A stretch of DNA of 64,000 bases from a virus (Duplodnaviria; Caudoviricetes), in IMG/VR virus record IMGVR_UViG_3300003322_000628, positions 259 to 64,258 of that record. One strand, given 5' to 3'. This document shows positions 28,555 to 38,100 of this stretch, piece by piece. A model generated the notes under the pieces. It searched no databases and had not been told where the DNA came from. It saw only the letters and a list, made by a program, of their open reading frames with translations. The position numbers and the translations under genes are program-made. Numbering within the stretch: the stretch's first letter is position 1; the number at the start of each line of letters is the position of its first letter.

Positions 28555-28901
28555 GTTGGCTTAAAACTGTAGGCCTTGGAGTATTTACAGGCCTAGCGTG
28601 CGTAGGCACCTACCACACAACGCACGGCGTACTGCAAAATCTTCACCATACGCGAACGCTTGTAGTGTGCACAATCCCATCCATAGGCAATGTCAAAATG
28701 CACGTAGACGATTTGCGTATCGAGTCTTATGGGTTCTCGGGTAAGGATGAGAACGGCAATAGGCAGTTTTACATGAAGAGCATGATGGAAAGTTGCTTTA
28801 GCGTAGACGAGGAAATCTTAGAGAAGAATGCGAGTAAAAACACCCAAACACCGCTGCAACGGAACAATGAGCGAAGCCCTGCCTTGGATGTCAGGATTTG
28901 A
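28551..28901 (+). CDS. hypothetical membrane-anchored protein
   Basis: N-terminal TM; 3' end overlaps the HNH gene. Confidence 0.55.
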   Translation: MSWLKTVGLGVFTGLACVGTYHTTHGVLQNLHHTRTLVVCTIPSIGNVKMHVDDLRIESYGFSGKDENGNRQFYMKSMMESCFSVDEEILEKNASKNTQTPLQRNNERSPALDVRI

Positions 28902-29412
28902 GGGCATCTACAAAATAGATGCCTATGGAAATGTTTTCAGCGTAGACAGATACGTAAAACACTCCCGCGGGGGCTTTAGAAAATGCAAGGGGCAGAAATT
29001 AAAACCATACCTAGCGAACAACGGCTATCTTGTAGTAAGTGCTTCAAAAGAAGGAAAGGACAGTCCTGTTCTAGTACATAGAAAAGTCCTAGAAACGTAT
29101 GCGGGCCCCTGCCCTCGGGGTATGGAGGCCTGCCATAAGGATGGTAATCGATTGCACAATCACGTATCTAATCTTAGATGGGATACTAGAGAAGAGAACT
29201 CTAAGGATAAGATTAAGCACGGCACAATGATTAGAGGAGAACAGAGCAACTTATCTAAACTATCTGAACAAGATGTGAGCATTGTAAGGAATCTTTACGA
29301 ACAAGGCTTAAGCGTAAATTATATAGCGCATGTGTACGGAATGTCTAAAAGCGGAATAAGGGACGTTCTGTCAGGAAAATCATGGAAGTGGCTAGATGCC
29401 AAAAATTCCTAA
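28828..29412 (+). CDS. NUMOD4-HNH homing endonuclease
   Basis: GFEGIYKI..YGNV.S; VHRKVLETY; CHKDGNRLHNHVSNLRW; C-terminal HTH. Confidence 0.85.
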   Translation: MRVKTPKHRCNGTMSEALPWMSGFEGIYKIDAYGNVFSVDRYVKHSRGGFRKCKGQKLKPYLANNGYLVVSASKEGKDSPVLVHRKVLETYAGPCPRGMEACHKDGNRLHNHVSNLRWDTREENSKDKIKHGTMIRGEQSNLSKLSEQDVSIVRNLYEQGLSVNYIAHVYGMSKSGIRDVLSGKSWKWLDAKNS

Positions 29413-29770
29413 GGATAGGCCATTTGCTAGCGGGACAATGACAAAGGCGCAGTTCTTTTCGTTTATACGTGCAGCCCTCAGACAAAAAAGTCGAAGATGG
29501 AAGCCCATATATGATTGCCTTAGTGCTGCGCGCCGACCTAGTAAGGACAAGAAAAATAAACGGCTAAAGTGGCAATTTCAGTGCAGTATGTGCAAGCGTT
29601 GGCATGCCCAGTCGGGAGTTTCTGTGGATCATATAGTGCCGTGTGGTAGTCTAAATGAACTAGAAGACTTACCGGGATTTGTGAAGCGGCTCTTTGTGGA
29701 AATTGATGGATTGAGAGTTTTGTGCCATGCATGTCACGCTAAAGTCACGCAAGAACAGAGGAGTAACTGA
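29396..29770 (+). CDS. HNH endonuclease (putative resolvase type)
   Basis: FIRAALR..SRRW; CSMC; VDHIVP; LCHACH. Confidence 0.8.
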   Translation: MPKIPKDRPFASGTMTKAQFFSFIRAALRQKSRRWKPIYDCLSAARRPSKDKKNKRLKWQFQCSMCKRWHAQSGVSVDHIVPCGSLNELEDLPGFVKRLFVEIDGLRVLCHACHAKVTQEQRSN

Positions 29771-30096
29771 TGGATAACAAAAAGTACCAGAAAGCCACTG
29801 CAAAGTTTGCTGTATATCCAAAAGATAAAGCTTTGGAATATCTCACATGTGGTTTGACTTCTGAGGCCGGCGAGGTAGCTGGCAAGATGAAGAAGGCTAT
29901 GCGCGGCGACTACGCTGGTCGTCCCGGAGATTTTCAGTATGACATGGAGGCAGAAATCGGCGACGTGCTATGGTATTGTAGCGAACTGTGTACCGCAATG
30001 GGCGTAGCACTAGAGGATGTTATGAGTCAGAACATTCTAAAGTTGGAGGATAGACAGGCTCGTGGTAAGCTTAAAGGAAGCGGCGACAATCGATGA
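29770..30096 (+). CDS. MazG-like nucleotide pyrophosphohydrolase
   Basis: GLTSEAGEVAGKMKK; EIGDVLWY; NILKL..R..RGKLKGSGDNR. Confidence 0.88.
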   Translation: MDNKKYQKATAKFAVYPKDKALEYLTCGLTSEAGEVAGKMKKAMRGDYAGRPGDFQYDMEAEIGDVLWYCSELCTAMGVALEDVMSQNILKLEDRQARGKLKGSGDNR

Positions 30097-30359
30097 GCCA
30101 TTTTGATCGGCAAGTACAAGGCAATCACTACAAGCAATTTACTATCCAGCCAATGGCGTATGCGCTGGCCAACCGTATGGGATATTGTGAAGCCACAGCA
30201 CTCAAGTACATAACTCGTTGGCAACTTAAGGGAGGCCTGTCTGACTTGGACAAAGCCATTCATTTCTTGCAGTTGCTAAAAGAGTATGCTCAAGACAATC
30301 CTGATCTATTTGGTCTTAATGACGATGGTACTGTGAAGGAGAAAAATGGAAACAGTTGA
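30093..30359 (+). CDS. DUF3310 / T7 gp1.7-like protein
   Basis: QVQGNHY, IQP, KYITRW..KGG..DLDKA. Confidence 0.8.
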   Translation: MSHFDRQVQGNHYKQFTIQPMAYALANRMGYCEATALKYITRWQLKGGLSDLDKAIHFLQLLKEYAQDNPDLFGLNDDGTVKEKNGNS

Positions 30360-30519
30360 AATCACACGGAGTGATTTGCGTTTCGTTCTTCGTGCAATCG
30401 ACACGGCTCTGCCAGAACTAGAGGCGGCCGTTCACGACGGACTTATTGATGAGAGCGTACTCATCGAGCTTTCGGAGGCTCAGGATATTTGCCTCCAATC
30501 ACTAAACGTAAGGAAATAA
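30346..30519 (+). CDS. hypothetical protein (57 aa)
   Basis: AAGGAG RBS, ATG 30346. Confidence 0.55.
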   Translation: METVEITRSDLRFVLRAIDTALPELEAAVHDGLIDESVLIELSEAQDICLQSLNVRK

Positions 30520-30522
30520 GCT

Positions 30523-31269
30523 ATCCGTATACTGTCTCTAGACATTGAAAATAGCTTTCTAGTATCCGGCACTTGGGGCTTGTGGGGACAAAACATTTCC
30601 ATAGATCAGCTTTTCGATCATGGTAAAGTATTGTGCTTTGCCGCTAAGTGGATGGACAAAAAGGCTGTCGTATTCAAACGATTCGACGAGCCCAACTTCC
30701 TCGAAACAATACATAGCCTTTTAGATGAGGCGGATGTTGTACTATCGTACAACGGTAAGCGGCATGATATTCCCATGCTGAATAGGGAATTTCTAAAGGC
30801 CGGCCTTACACCTCCAAGTCCATACAAACAGATTGATTTGTTTGAGACTGTCAAGAAGGCGTTCAAGTTTCCTAGTAACAAGCTACAGCATGTTTCAAAG
30901 GAACTTGGTATTGGTGAGAAAGTAGACCATGAAGGATTTGGCCTTTGGGTCAAATGCCTACAGGGCGATGCAGCATCTTGGGCTGTTATGAAGAAGTATA
31001 ACATCCAAGACGTAAAGCTACTTGAGAAGCTTTACAATTCGCTGCAGCCGTGGGTAGCCAACCACCCCAATCACAATCTGTACGGTAGAGTAGGGGTGTG
31101 CCCGCATTGTGGCAGTAAGCATGTACAAAGCCGAGGAACATACAAGACACAGACAGCCATCTATAAGCGACTGCATTGTCAGGATTGCGGAGCATGGAGC
31201 CGTAGCCGGTACACGGAAGTTGAAAAAGAGCTACGCGAAACCGTATACACAGGAGTTAGCCTATCGTAA
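30523..31269 (+). CDS. DnaQ/RNase H-like 3'-5' exonuclease with Zn ribbon; predicted ATC start
   Basis: (M)RILSLDIEN ExoI upstream of TTG 30580; YNGKRHD; YNIQDV; CPHC...CQDC. Confidence 0.85.
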   Translation: MRILSLDIENSFLVSGTWGLWGQNISIDQLFDHGKVLCFAAKWMDKKAVVFKRFDEPNFLETIHSLLDEADVVLSYNGKRHDIPMLNREFLKAGLTPPSPYKQIDLFETVKKAFKFPSNKLQHVSKELGIGEKVDHEGFGLWVKCLQGDAASWAVMKKYNIQDVKLLEKLYNSLQPWVANHPNHNLYGRVGVCPHCGSKHVQSRGTYKTQTAIYKRLHCQDCGAWSRSRYTEVEKELRETVYTGVSLS

Positions 31270-31535
31270 TGCACCCTAAGTTTGTTAAGCGTATCGCCGA
31301 TGTGGCAGCTGATCGAATCAAGAAATATGGCTACCAAGTAGCAAACAAGTGGGCCACGGACTTTCTATCAAAGGAAGACCTACGAGAAGTGAATAAAGAA
31401 ATCGAACGGAGGAATGGTAAGAAGGTATGACGGAACAGCTTCTAAAGCTTCTGGATGAGGCAGCATCAGAGATGCAGAAGGCAAATAATTGGGCTGGCTA
31501 TAGCAAGCTAGCTGAAGCGATGAGGCTTCTAGAAA

Positions 31536-31805
31536 ATGCCGAGAAAGCAGCCTAGCTTACCAACTCCTACGTATTGGGTAGAAAAAACCCCGGACGGGAT
31601 TCCTCCCTCCGGGGCTCTTTTGCTCATTCGAGGTTTTCGCAACTTTGAGGATGAAGAAGAAACATCTCTCTTCATCACTTTAGGAATATACTCAGACAGG
31701 CTTCAGATATTCTTAGATGAAACCGACACTGCCATAGAGCAGGGAGCTACAGTAACGCACTACCACCTAGTACATCATCCAGACGGAACATTGTTCCAGC
31801 TCTGA
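31536..31805 (+). CDS. hypothetical protein (DUF551-like pattern)
   Basis: W..P...GIY...VTHY; overlaps the convergent o-spanin end. Confidence 0.45.
   Translation: MPRKQPSLPTPTYWVEKTPDGIPPSGALLLIRGFRNFEDEEETSLFITLGIYSDRLQIFLDETDTAIEQGATVTHYHLVHHPDGTLFQL
31582..31622. terminator. bidirectional terminator at the arm convergence
   Basis: A6-CCCCGGA..GGGA-TTCC-TCCC-TCCGGGG-CTCTTTT. Confidence 0.55.
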
Positions 31806-32053
31806 ATACAATCTATCAGGCCTTTGTGTTTAGCCTGACAAATCTTGTAATCTTCCTTAACGCCCTTCGCGTGTATCTTGAATTGTAAGAGGTCTTTGCT
31901 AAGTAGCAAAGAAACATCCTCGCACTGTTCTAGATACGCCGGAGGGCATTCTATTTTCTCACGTACGATTTTAGTTGTTGTAGTCGAGCAGCTCGCTGTC
32001 ACTGAGATCGCAGCTAGCAGGCTTAGGTACCACAACTGTTTTAGTGTGTTCAA
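31775..32053 (-). CDS. o-spanin (Rz1-like lipoprotein)
   Basis: lipobox VTASC; PPAYL..C...C..KHKGL; overlaps i-spanin. Confidence 0.75.
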   Translation of the reverse strand: MNTLKQLWYLSLLAAISVTASCSTTTTKIVREKIECPPAYLEQCEDVSLLLSKDLLQFKIHAKGVKEDYKICQAKHKGLIDCIQSWNNVPSG

Positions 32054-32291
32054 TTACTTTCACCTTACCTTCTTTCAAGGAGTCGATATGTTTCTGAGCA
32101 TCCAGAGCTTCTTTTACAGCCTGTTCTTTCTCAGCCTCGTAGCGCTTTTTATCCCGTTCATTTTGCTCGGCGGCCTTATCTGCCTGAGCTTGAATGCACT
32201 CGTCTCTGCCGGCGTAATATTGATGCGTGCGATCCGTGTACCAACTACACCCAAGAACGATAGCTAATGCAATATACAGATATTTCATCAT
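31971..32291 (-). CDS. i-spanin (Rz-like)
   Basis: N-terminal TM, coiled coil, C-terminal Cys. Confidence 0.75.
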   Translation of the reverse strand: MMKYLYIALAIVLGCSWYTDRTHQYYAGRDECIQAQADKAAEQNERDKKRYEAEKEQAVKEALDAQKHIDSLKEGKVKVIEHTKTVVVPKPASCDLSDSELLDYNN

Positions 32292-33694
32292 GATAATGTC
32301 ACCTTAGCTATGCCGCCAGCCCCCCCAGATGCTCCGACAGCTGCGCTTCCTGCAGCATAGTCTGCAAATCCTACAGTTCCTGTAGTCATATTACAAGTGA
32401 TAATTTTACCACTACCAGCACCGGGAGCCCCATTCCCGGGCAATCCTGTCCCAGTTCCAGTTCCGCCATTGCCGCCGGTGCCACCACTTGCATCAAAGAA
32501 ATCAGGCACGGAGGGTCCTGTTAATTTTCCGTACACGCAGCGGATAGGGCCTCCTCCTCCTGCGCCTCCCCCGCCGCCGCCACCAACATTACCACCAGAC
32601 GTGCCGAAGTTCGCGCCGTTACCACCATTTCCACCGACCGCAACTACTCCCCCAGACGGAGTACTGGCATCCGTTATGATTTCTCCAAACTTCAAATCCA
32701 TTCCTACGGCACCATAGGCGGGACCGCCCCCACCACCACCATTTCGTGTGCCATCCCCCGTACCACCCGTACCTCCAGATGCACCGCCACCGCCTCCGAT
32801 TCTTGAGCCCGTATCTGTGAATAGTCGAACAAAGAAACTAGCGAGAATTCCAAATCTGGTGTTTGTTCCTACAGTCCCGGATGTTCCGGGTGTACCTGTC
32901 GATCCGGCCCCGCCTTGTCCACCACGAGAACCTGTCCCGCCCCAAACATTGGATGCTGCACCAATGCTTGTCCCATTACTGGAATTGCCGGTGGCTACAC
33001 CATTAGTTGCGGCCGTGGGCGATGGGCCCGGAGTAGCAAAGTATTGGTTGCCCGTGTTAGGAATAGCACCGACCGCGCCTGCACCTGCATTGGAGGAATT
33101 ACCTCCATTACCGGAGCTTCCAGAGATTACTCCATAAAAACCGGAAGTACGATCCCAAGATTTTGCTGATAGTTCATATGTGTCAGGGCGAAGAGTAATT
33201 CCTGTTGAAATTTTCAGATTGTTAAATGCACTGTGTGCTGTCAGACGATAAGTAGAGCCTGCCAATACAGCAAATGCAAATGTATTAACGCCATCAAATG
33301 TGGCATCGCCATTCTCTTCGGTTCCTCCAAAAACCTCAGCCGGAACAGTGCCAGACGGCCCGGTTGGCCCCGTAGGGCCCGTGGCCCCGGTTGGGCCGGT
33401 AGCTCCAGTTGCTCCAGTAGCTCCTGTAGGGCCCGTAGGCCCTGTTGGACCAGCAGGTCCTGTCGCGCCTGTAGCTCCGGCTGGACCTGTAGCGCCAGTG
33501 GGACCAGTTGCCCCATCGACTCCAGCTGGGCCAGTTGGTCCTTGAACGCCCTGTCCTATTGCAGCTATTGAGGCTGCTAGTTCGTTGTCTTTAGCAGCTA
33601 GCGCATGTAGGATATCGTTGGTATAGTTGCGCTCAACGTCCGGGTTATTAGTTTTAACTAGTCGAAAGTTGCTGAGATCAATTGGAGCTGGCAT
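32288..33694 (-). CDS. collagen-like, glycine-rich tail fibre
   Basis: about 22 G-X-Y triplets (GPT/GAT) then GGxGG-rich domain. Confidence 0.8.
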   Translation of the reverse strand: MPAPIDLSNFRLVKTNNPDVERNYTNDILHALAAKDNELAASIAAIGQGVQGPTGPAGVDGATGPTGATGPAGATGATGPAGPTGPTGPTGATGATGATGPTGATGPTGPTGPSGTVPAEVFGGTEENGDATFDGVNTFAFAVLAGSTYRLTAHSAFNNLKISTGITLRPDTYELSAKSWDRTSGFYGVISGSSGNGGNSSNAGAGAVGAIPNTGNQYFATPGPSPTAATNGVATGNSSNGTSIGAASNVWGGTGSRGGQGGAGSTGTPGTSGTVGTNTRFGILASFFVRLFTDTGSRIGGGGGASGGTGGTGDGTRNGGGGGGPAYGAVGMDLKFGEIITDASTPSGGVVAVGGNGGNGANFGTSGGNVGGGGGGGAGGGGPIRCVYGKLTGPSVPDFFDASGGTGGNGGTGTGTGLPGNGAPGAGSGKIITCNMTTGTVGFADYAAGSAAVGASGGAGGIAKVTLS

Positions 33695-33957
33695 TACATA
33701 CCCTTAGCTTTTGTCAGGAAATCATATATCTGAATTCCGAATTTGTAAAAGAACATTCCTAGACAGGACACTACGAAAGTTACTCCACCAATGAATCCTT
33801 TGTAGCGGGATATCTCTTTCTCTAGTGTAGCAAGGGTACTTGTCATAGTTTCCAAGCGCTCTATCATGTCCTGCCGCATAGAGGCAGCTGTTTCCATCTC
33901 TTGTAGAATATGGTCTATGTTTGCTTCTACAGTAGCAAGTCTCTCTGGTATAGTCAT
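33694..33957 (-). CDS. XhlA/holin-like membrane protein
   Basis: ERLATVE coiled coil + C-terminal TM; GGAGG RBS. Confidence 0.55.
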   Translation of the reverse strand: MTIPERLATVEANIDHILQEMETAASMRQDMIERLETMTSTLATLEKEISRYKGFIGGVTFVVSCLGMFFYKFGIQIYDFLTKAKGM

Positions 33958-33958
33958 G

Positions 33959-34735
33959 TTAGCCTCCCGGATCACGGCCTTTAACGTAGCCCTGTCCAGA
34001 GCCACCAAATCTATTGTAGTTGCCCATAGCTGGACGTACGCCGTTAATAACGGGCGACCCATTCACCATGAAGTTGCTTACACCTGAAAGGGCGTATCCT
34101 CCACCAAAGCCTTCATTCTCTCTACGTTCTTTTAGTGTTGGTCTATCTATAGGATTGCCTTCGCTATCAATGTTGCCAGCGTAGTAATCCCCGAGTCCTG
34201 AGAAGTCCGGCAACACACTGCCGCCCTGATTGTAGTTATATCCACCATCAGATAAAGAAGGACCTCCTTGTCCAAATTGATAACCTGATGAGTAGGGACC
34301 ATAATCACTAACCCCATAGCTAACTTCGCCTGTGGAAGGATTGATGTATGTTCTACCGCCACCACTACCATCAGTGTTGATATCTCCTACAGTTATAGAC
34401 GTTCCCGGAGAAGCATCTCTATGGAATAGATTGCGCAAGCCATTGAAAGCCGGCATGACAATATGCCTATCCACCCAAGGAGCAGCCATAGCCCCTAAAG
34501 GCCCGGCAATAGCTCCTCCAATAGCCCTGTCTGCTAGATTGCGGCCGTAGCCTTTCCATGCGTTTCTATTGCCTCTAGCCATCTGAACAAGCTGACTATC
34601 AGCAAAAGGATGCTGACTATTGGCATTGTATATGGAAGGGATGGGAACAGGAGACCTAAGCCCTATCTCGGACAAGCCTCTCCCGACCCCCATGTTAAGG
34701 CCACCACCAATTATCTGGTCTCTAATATCAGCCAT
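33959..34735 (-). CDS. Gly-rich putative virion/ejection protein
   Basis: low complexity; GGAIAGPLGA segment; coupled. Confidence 0.6.
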   Translation of the reverse strand: MADIRDQIIGGGLNMGVGRGLSEIGLRSPVPIPSIYNANSQHPFADSQLVQMARGNRNAWKGYGRNLADRAIGGAIAGPLGAMAAPWVDRHIVMPAFNGLRNLFHRDASPGTSITVGDINTDGSGGGRTYINPSTGEVSYGVSDYGPYSSGYQFGQGGPSLSDGGYNYNQGGSVLPDFSGLGDYYAGNIDSEGNPIDRPTLKERRENEGFGGGYALSGVSNFMVNGSPVINGVRPAMGNYNRFGGSGQGYVKGRDPGG

Positions 34736-35093
34736 AGGGCGCGTATCCAAATGCTGGCATTACTGCCTGTTGAGGTGGGGCTCTGTTAGTAGGAGGTTGT
34801 GCCATAAAAGGCTTAGGCGCTGCTATAGGCTGCTGCGGTAACTGCTGTCCTGCGTGCAATTGCTGCAGCATCTGCATAAGCCTAGCCTGCTGACTCATGG
34901 GCGGAGCAGGGCCCTGAGCCTGCACAGGCATGGAAGCTTGCACAGGCTGCTGGTGAGGGGTGTTGAACAGCGGCATCTGAGGATTGCCTGACCTAGTAGC
35001 AAACTGCTCCATTGGTCTATTGCGCACAGCATTGCCATCAGCATACTGGCCTCTCATCTGGTACATAGCGGATTGTGGCAAACCGTATGGCAT
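34728..35093 (-). CDS. Gln/Pro-rich hypothetical protein
   Basis: AAGGA RBS; coupled to the next gene. Confidence 0.55.
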   Translation of the reverse strand: MPYGLPQSAMYQMRGQYADGNAVRNRPMEQFATRSGNPQMPLFNTPHQQPVQASMPVQAQGPAPPMSQQARLMQMLQQLHAGQQLPQQPIAAPKPFMAQPPTNRAPPQQAVMPAFGYAPYG

Positions 35094-35103
35094 ATCGTGT
35101 TCC

Positions 35104-38100
35104 TTATAGTTCGTCTACATCTACCGTTCTGTATTGACGGAGAAGAGTATTTAGCTGTGTCATGTTATAGCGAAAGCGTTCTTTTGCTTCCTGTTTCTTA
35201 TCTTGTGTAGCCCCTAGCATATCCTGCTCTAGGTCCTTCTTCAAATCAGCCGCTAGTTCTGTAACCTTAAGAGGCTCATTGCGCAGCAATGTGCTTATCA
35301 TTCCTTCGCTAATTCCAGCCGCCTTCAGGCGTGCTACCAAATCCCTCCTAGTCGCACCCTGCTCTTTGGCAGCTTCTACACCAAGCCGTAGTTTTTCATA
35401 TGGCTTCGCGGCGTCCTTAAGTGTAGATATAAACGCCTTTTCTAGTCTTTCGGGGCTACTCTCGTAATTGGCTTTCATCAAATCAGCATAGCTATTCTTG
35501 GCTTTGTTGATTTCTTTCTTAGCCGACGCGCCTACGAAACTACCGACGTCACTAGCAATGTCAAGTTTCTGTGCTCCTATACCACTAGCAACAGCGTACT
35601 TTAGAGGCGTGCTTTCTAGCTTATTGGACTGAGCAATATTAGCTGCTGTTTTAAGAACCAGAGGTTCTGTGGCTGCTATCAGATTGTCCGCCCCTTTAGC
35701 AGATACCCCAGCCTTTGTAAGCTGCTCATGCATGAAGTTGTAAGCATCCTCAGCTGTTCTAGCTGTGCTTGGTTTGCTATCATTCCATACTTTGGATAGA
35801 GCCTTCCACATTGTATTGCTAGCCCAAAGGCCAGAGATGTTGTCGAATGCCTGTTCGGCCTTGTCCTGAGCTTCCTTAGTTTTCCCATTACCAGCTAAAG
35901 CAAGAGCTTCGTACAGATGGTTGAGAGGGGTTGTAATAGGAGCATATGGATTTGGACGAGACAAATCGTAAGCATACTCGCCGTCTTCTGGATGCTCTGG
36001 ATCAGCCAGAATCATTGAATCCTGACTATTCCAAAACTTATCCTTGTCCATGTACTTCTTACGCGGGTCATCGTCTGCTAGCTGTGTCGCAGCCAATCCA
36101 GCAGCCGCAGCTGCTGCTTTAGCAATAGAAGCAGCATACTTGTTGTATGCCACCATGCTACCTCCAACCCCAGAAAGTCTAGCAATTCCATGTCTAGCTA
36201 AGTCTAGTTGTCCATTAGCAAGTCCGTCGCGTACATCCTGAACTCCTACCATGAAGTTGTTTTTAAGAGTACGAGCAACTTCTGAGTAGTAGGTAGCAAA
36301 GCGGCTCAATCCAGTTGCTTCTGTGAAGCGTAGTACAGGCGGAGCCATAGAGGGAGTGATGTTAGTGTCGTTGATACGACGTGCAACAAACTCCTTTAGC
36401 TGATCCTCTGACATGTTAATGCCGTGCTTCTCATTGTGTCCTTTCCAGAAGTCTAGCTCATTATGCCAGTTGGCCATCTTGGTATAGAGGTCCATAGCAG
36501 AATACAATTCCTTGTACCCTTCCAAGCCTAGCCTTCCTGCCTCTCTTACCTTTCCATAAAGCCATTGAACTGGGTTGGGCTTACTATAAGCCTCTTCCAT
36601 ATACTGCTTAATGCGCGAGGCTGCCTTGCTTCCGCGCAGCTCTTCCATGTGCGAGTATTCAACCAGACCGTAGCGGAAAGCATCACGAGCATCTGGAGAT
36701 AGGCCAGAGCGCCTATCAGCCAGAGTCGTGTCGATCATCATCTTGATGCCCTTACCAATGGCTGTCGGGCTAATGTTGCCATTAGACAATAGCTGCATGG
36801 GTGAGCCCACGAAGTTGTTAGCGAAGTTGCCAACGTTGCCTAGCACACTGGCGAGCTTGGTAATACCAGCGATCTTGCGAACTGGCTTAACGGCCCTAGC
36901 TGCTAGATTGGCGGCAGCGGACACGCCACTACCATCTGCAATCAAACTATCAATCCAGTCTCCCGCCGTCTTATCCATTTGGAATACACTGTCCATTGCC
37001 TTCTTAACATCAGGCGTAGTGAACAGTCCCTGAAGCGGGCCCATCTTTTCTCCAGTGATTGCTTCATCGTGCGTGCCATTTCTAGCTTCACTGAAAATCT
37101 TGCCCATGCCTTCCGCGCGCAGCTGGTTTTGAGCTGCTAGGTTGGATAGGTAGTTGTACTGTGTACGGACGGTAGCTAGATTGCGGGCAATAGGGTTCTT
37201 TAGCTCTCCCCAAAATTGGCGAAGCTCTTCTGGCACATCTCCTAGTTCTGAATAAATGCCTCCACTGCGACGAAGGTTTCCAAAGTAACGACGCTGCGTG
37301 TTCTTCTTGTCTCCAAGGCCAGCAGCTGCCATTACAATATCATCCAACACCTTGTCCTTGTCGGCCATCTTCCGCATCTTATCAGCGATAGCCCCCACCA
37401 TAGCGTCACGGCGAGTGTCACCCTTCAATCCCTTAAGCTGTGCATCTGCATCCAAGCCTGTGTGAAATTTGTATAGCTGCTCTAGTTCGTCTGTATGACG
37501 AGAGGCTAGGTTTTGTACATCGGGCAGCCATGTCTGTTCCAAATACTTACGAGCTGTGTCAAAGTCTTTGAAAGCACTCGCTTGTTCCGCCGTTGGTTCT
37601 TTGCCAGCAGCTATGGCTTTCTTGGCCTGCTCATAGAGTTTGGCCTTATCTTTCATGTAGCCTTTGATTTCATTGGCAGCGTAGGCGCGCGTCTGGTAAT
37701 TGCCGGCGCGTTCAATGATTGTCTGTCCAATCTCTTTCTGCTTAGCAGTAGCATTTGGATCAAGAGCAATCTGTTCCCCAATCTTCAAAGACCTATCGTA
37801 ATTGTTAAGCCATTCAGCCTTAACTACTTGCTGAGCAGCAGGATCGAGGCGCTTCAAAGAAGCGACGTCTCCTTCCATAGCTCTGCCAATGTCACTCTCG
37901 TTTTCTTTGGACGTAACTCTACGTAGGCGCTTAGCACTCTGTGCTGCCTCTAGCTCTCCTTCGTTGGCTATGCCCTGCTTGGTTTTCTTTGCGTAATGGA
38001 CGATAGGCTCTATACCTTTGCTACTTAGCAAAGCCTTAGCTGCAACTACGACCTTGCTGCGTGGCTTCTGAAGTTCCTCTGGACGATCGGCATTTAGTAC

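Noticed and set aside
28828-29412. Group I intron around the HNH gene
   Set aside because: There is no non-coding space for a ribozyme core; flanking ORFs overlap it.
32397-33571. Pro-rich + strand ORFs
   Set aside because: They are antisense shadows of the Gly-rich fibre gene.
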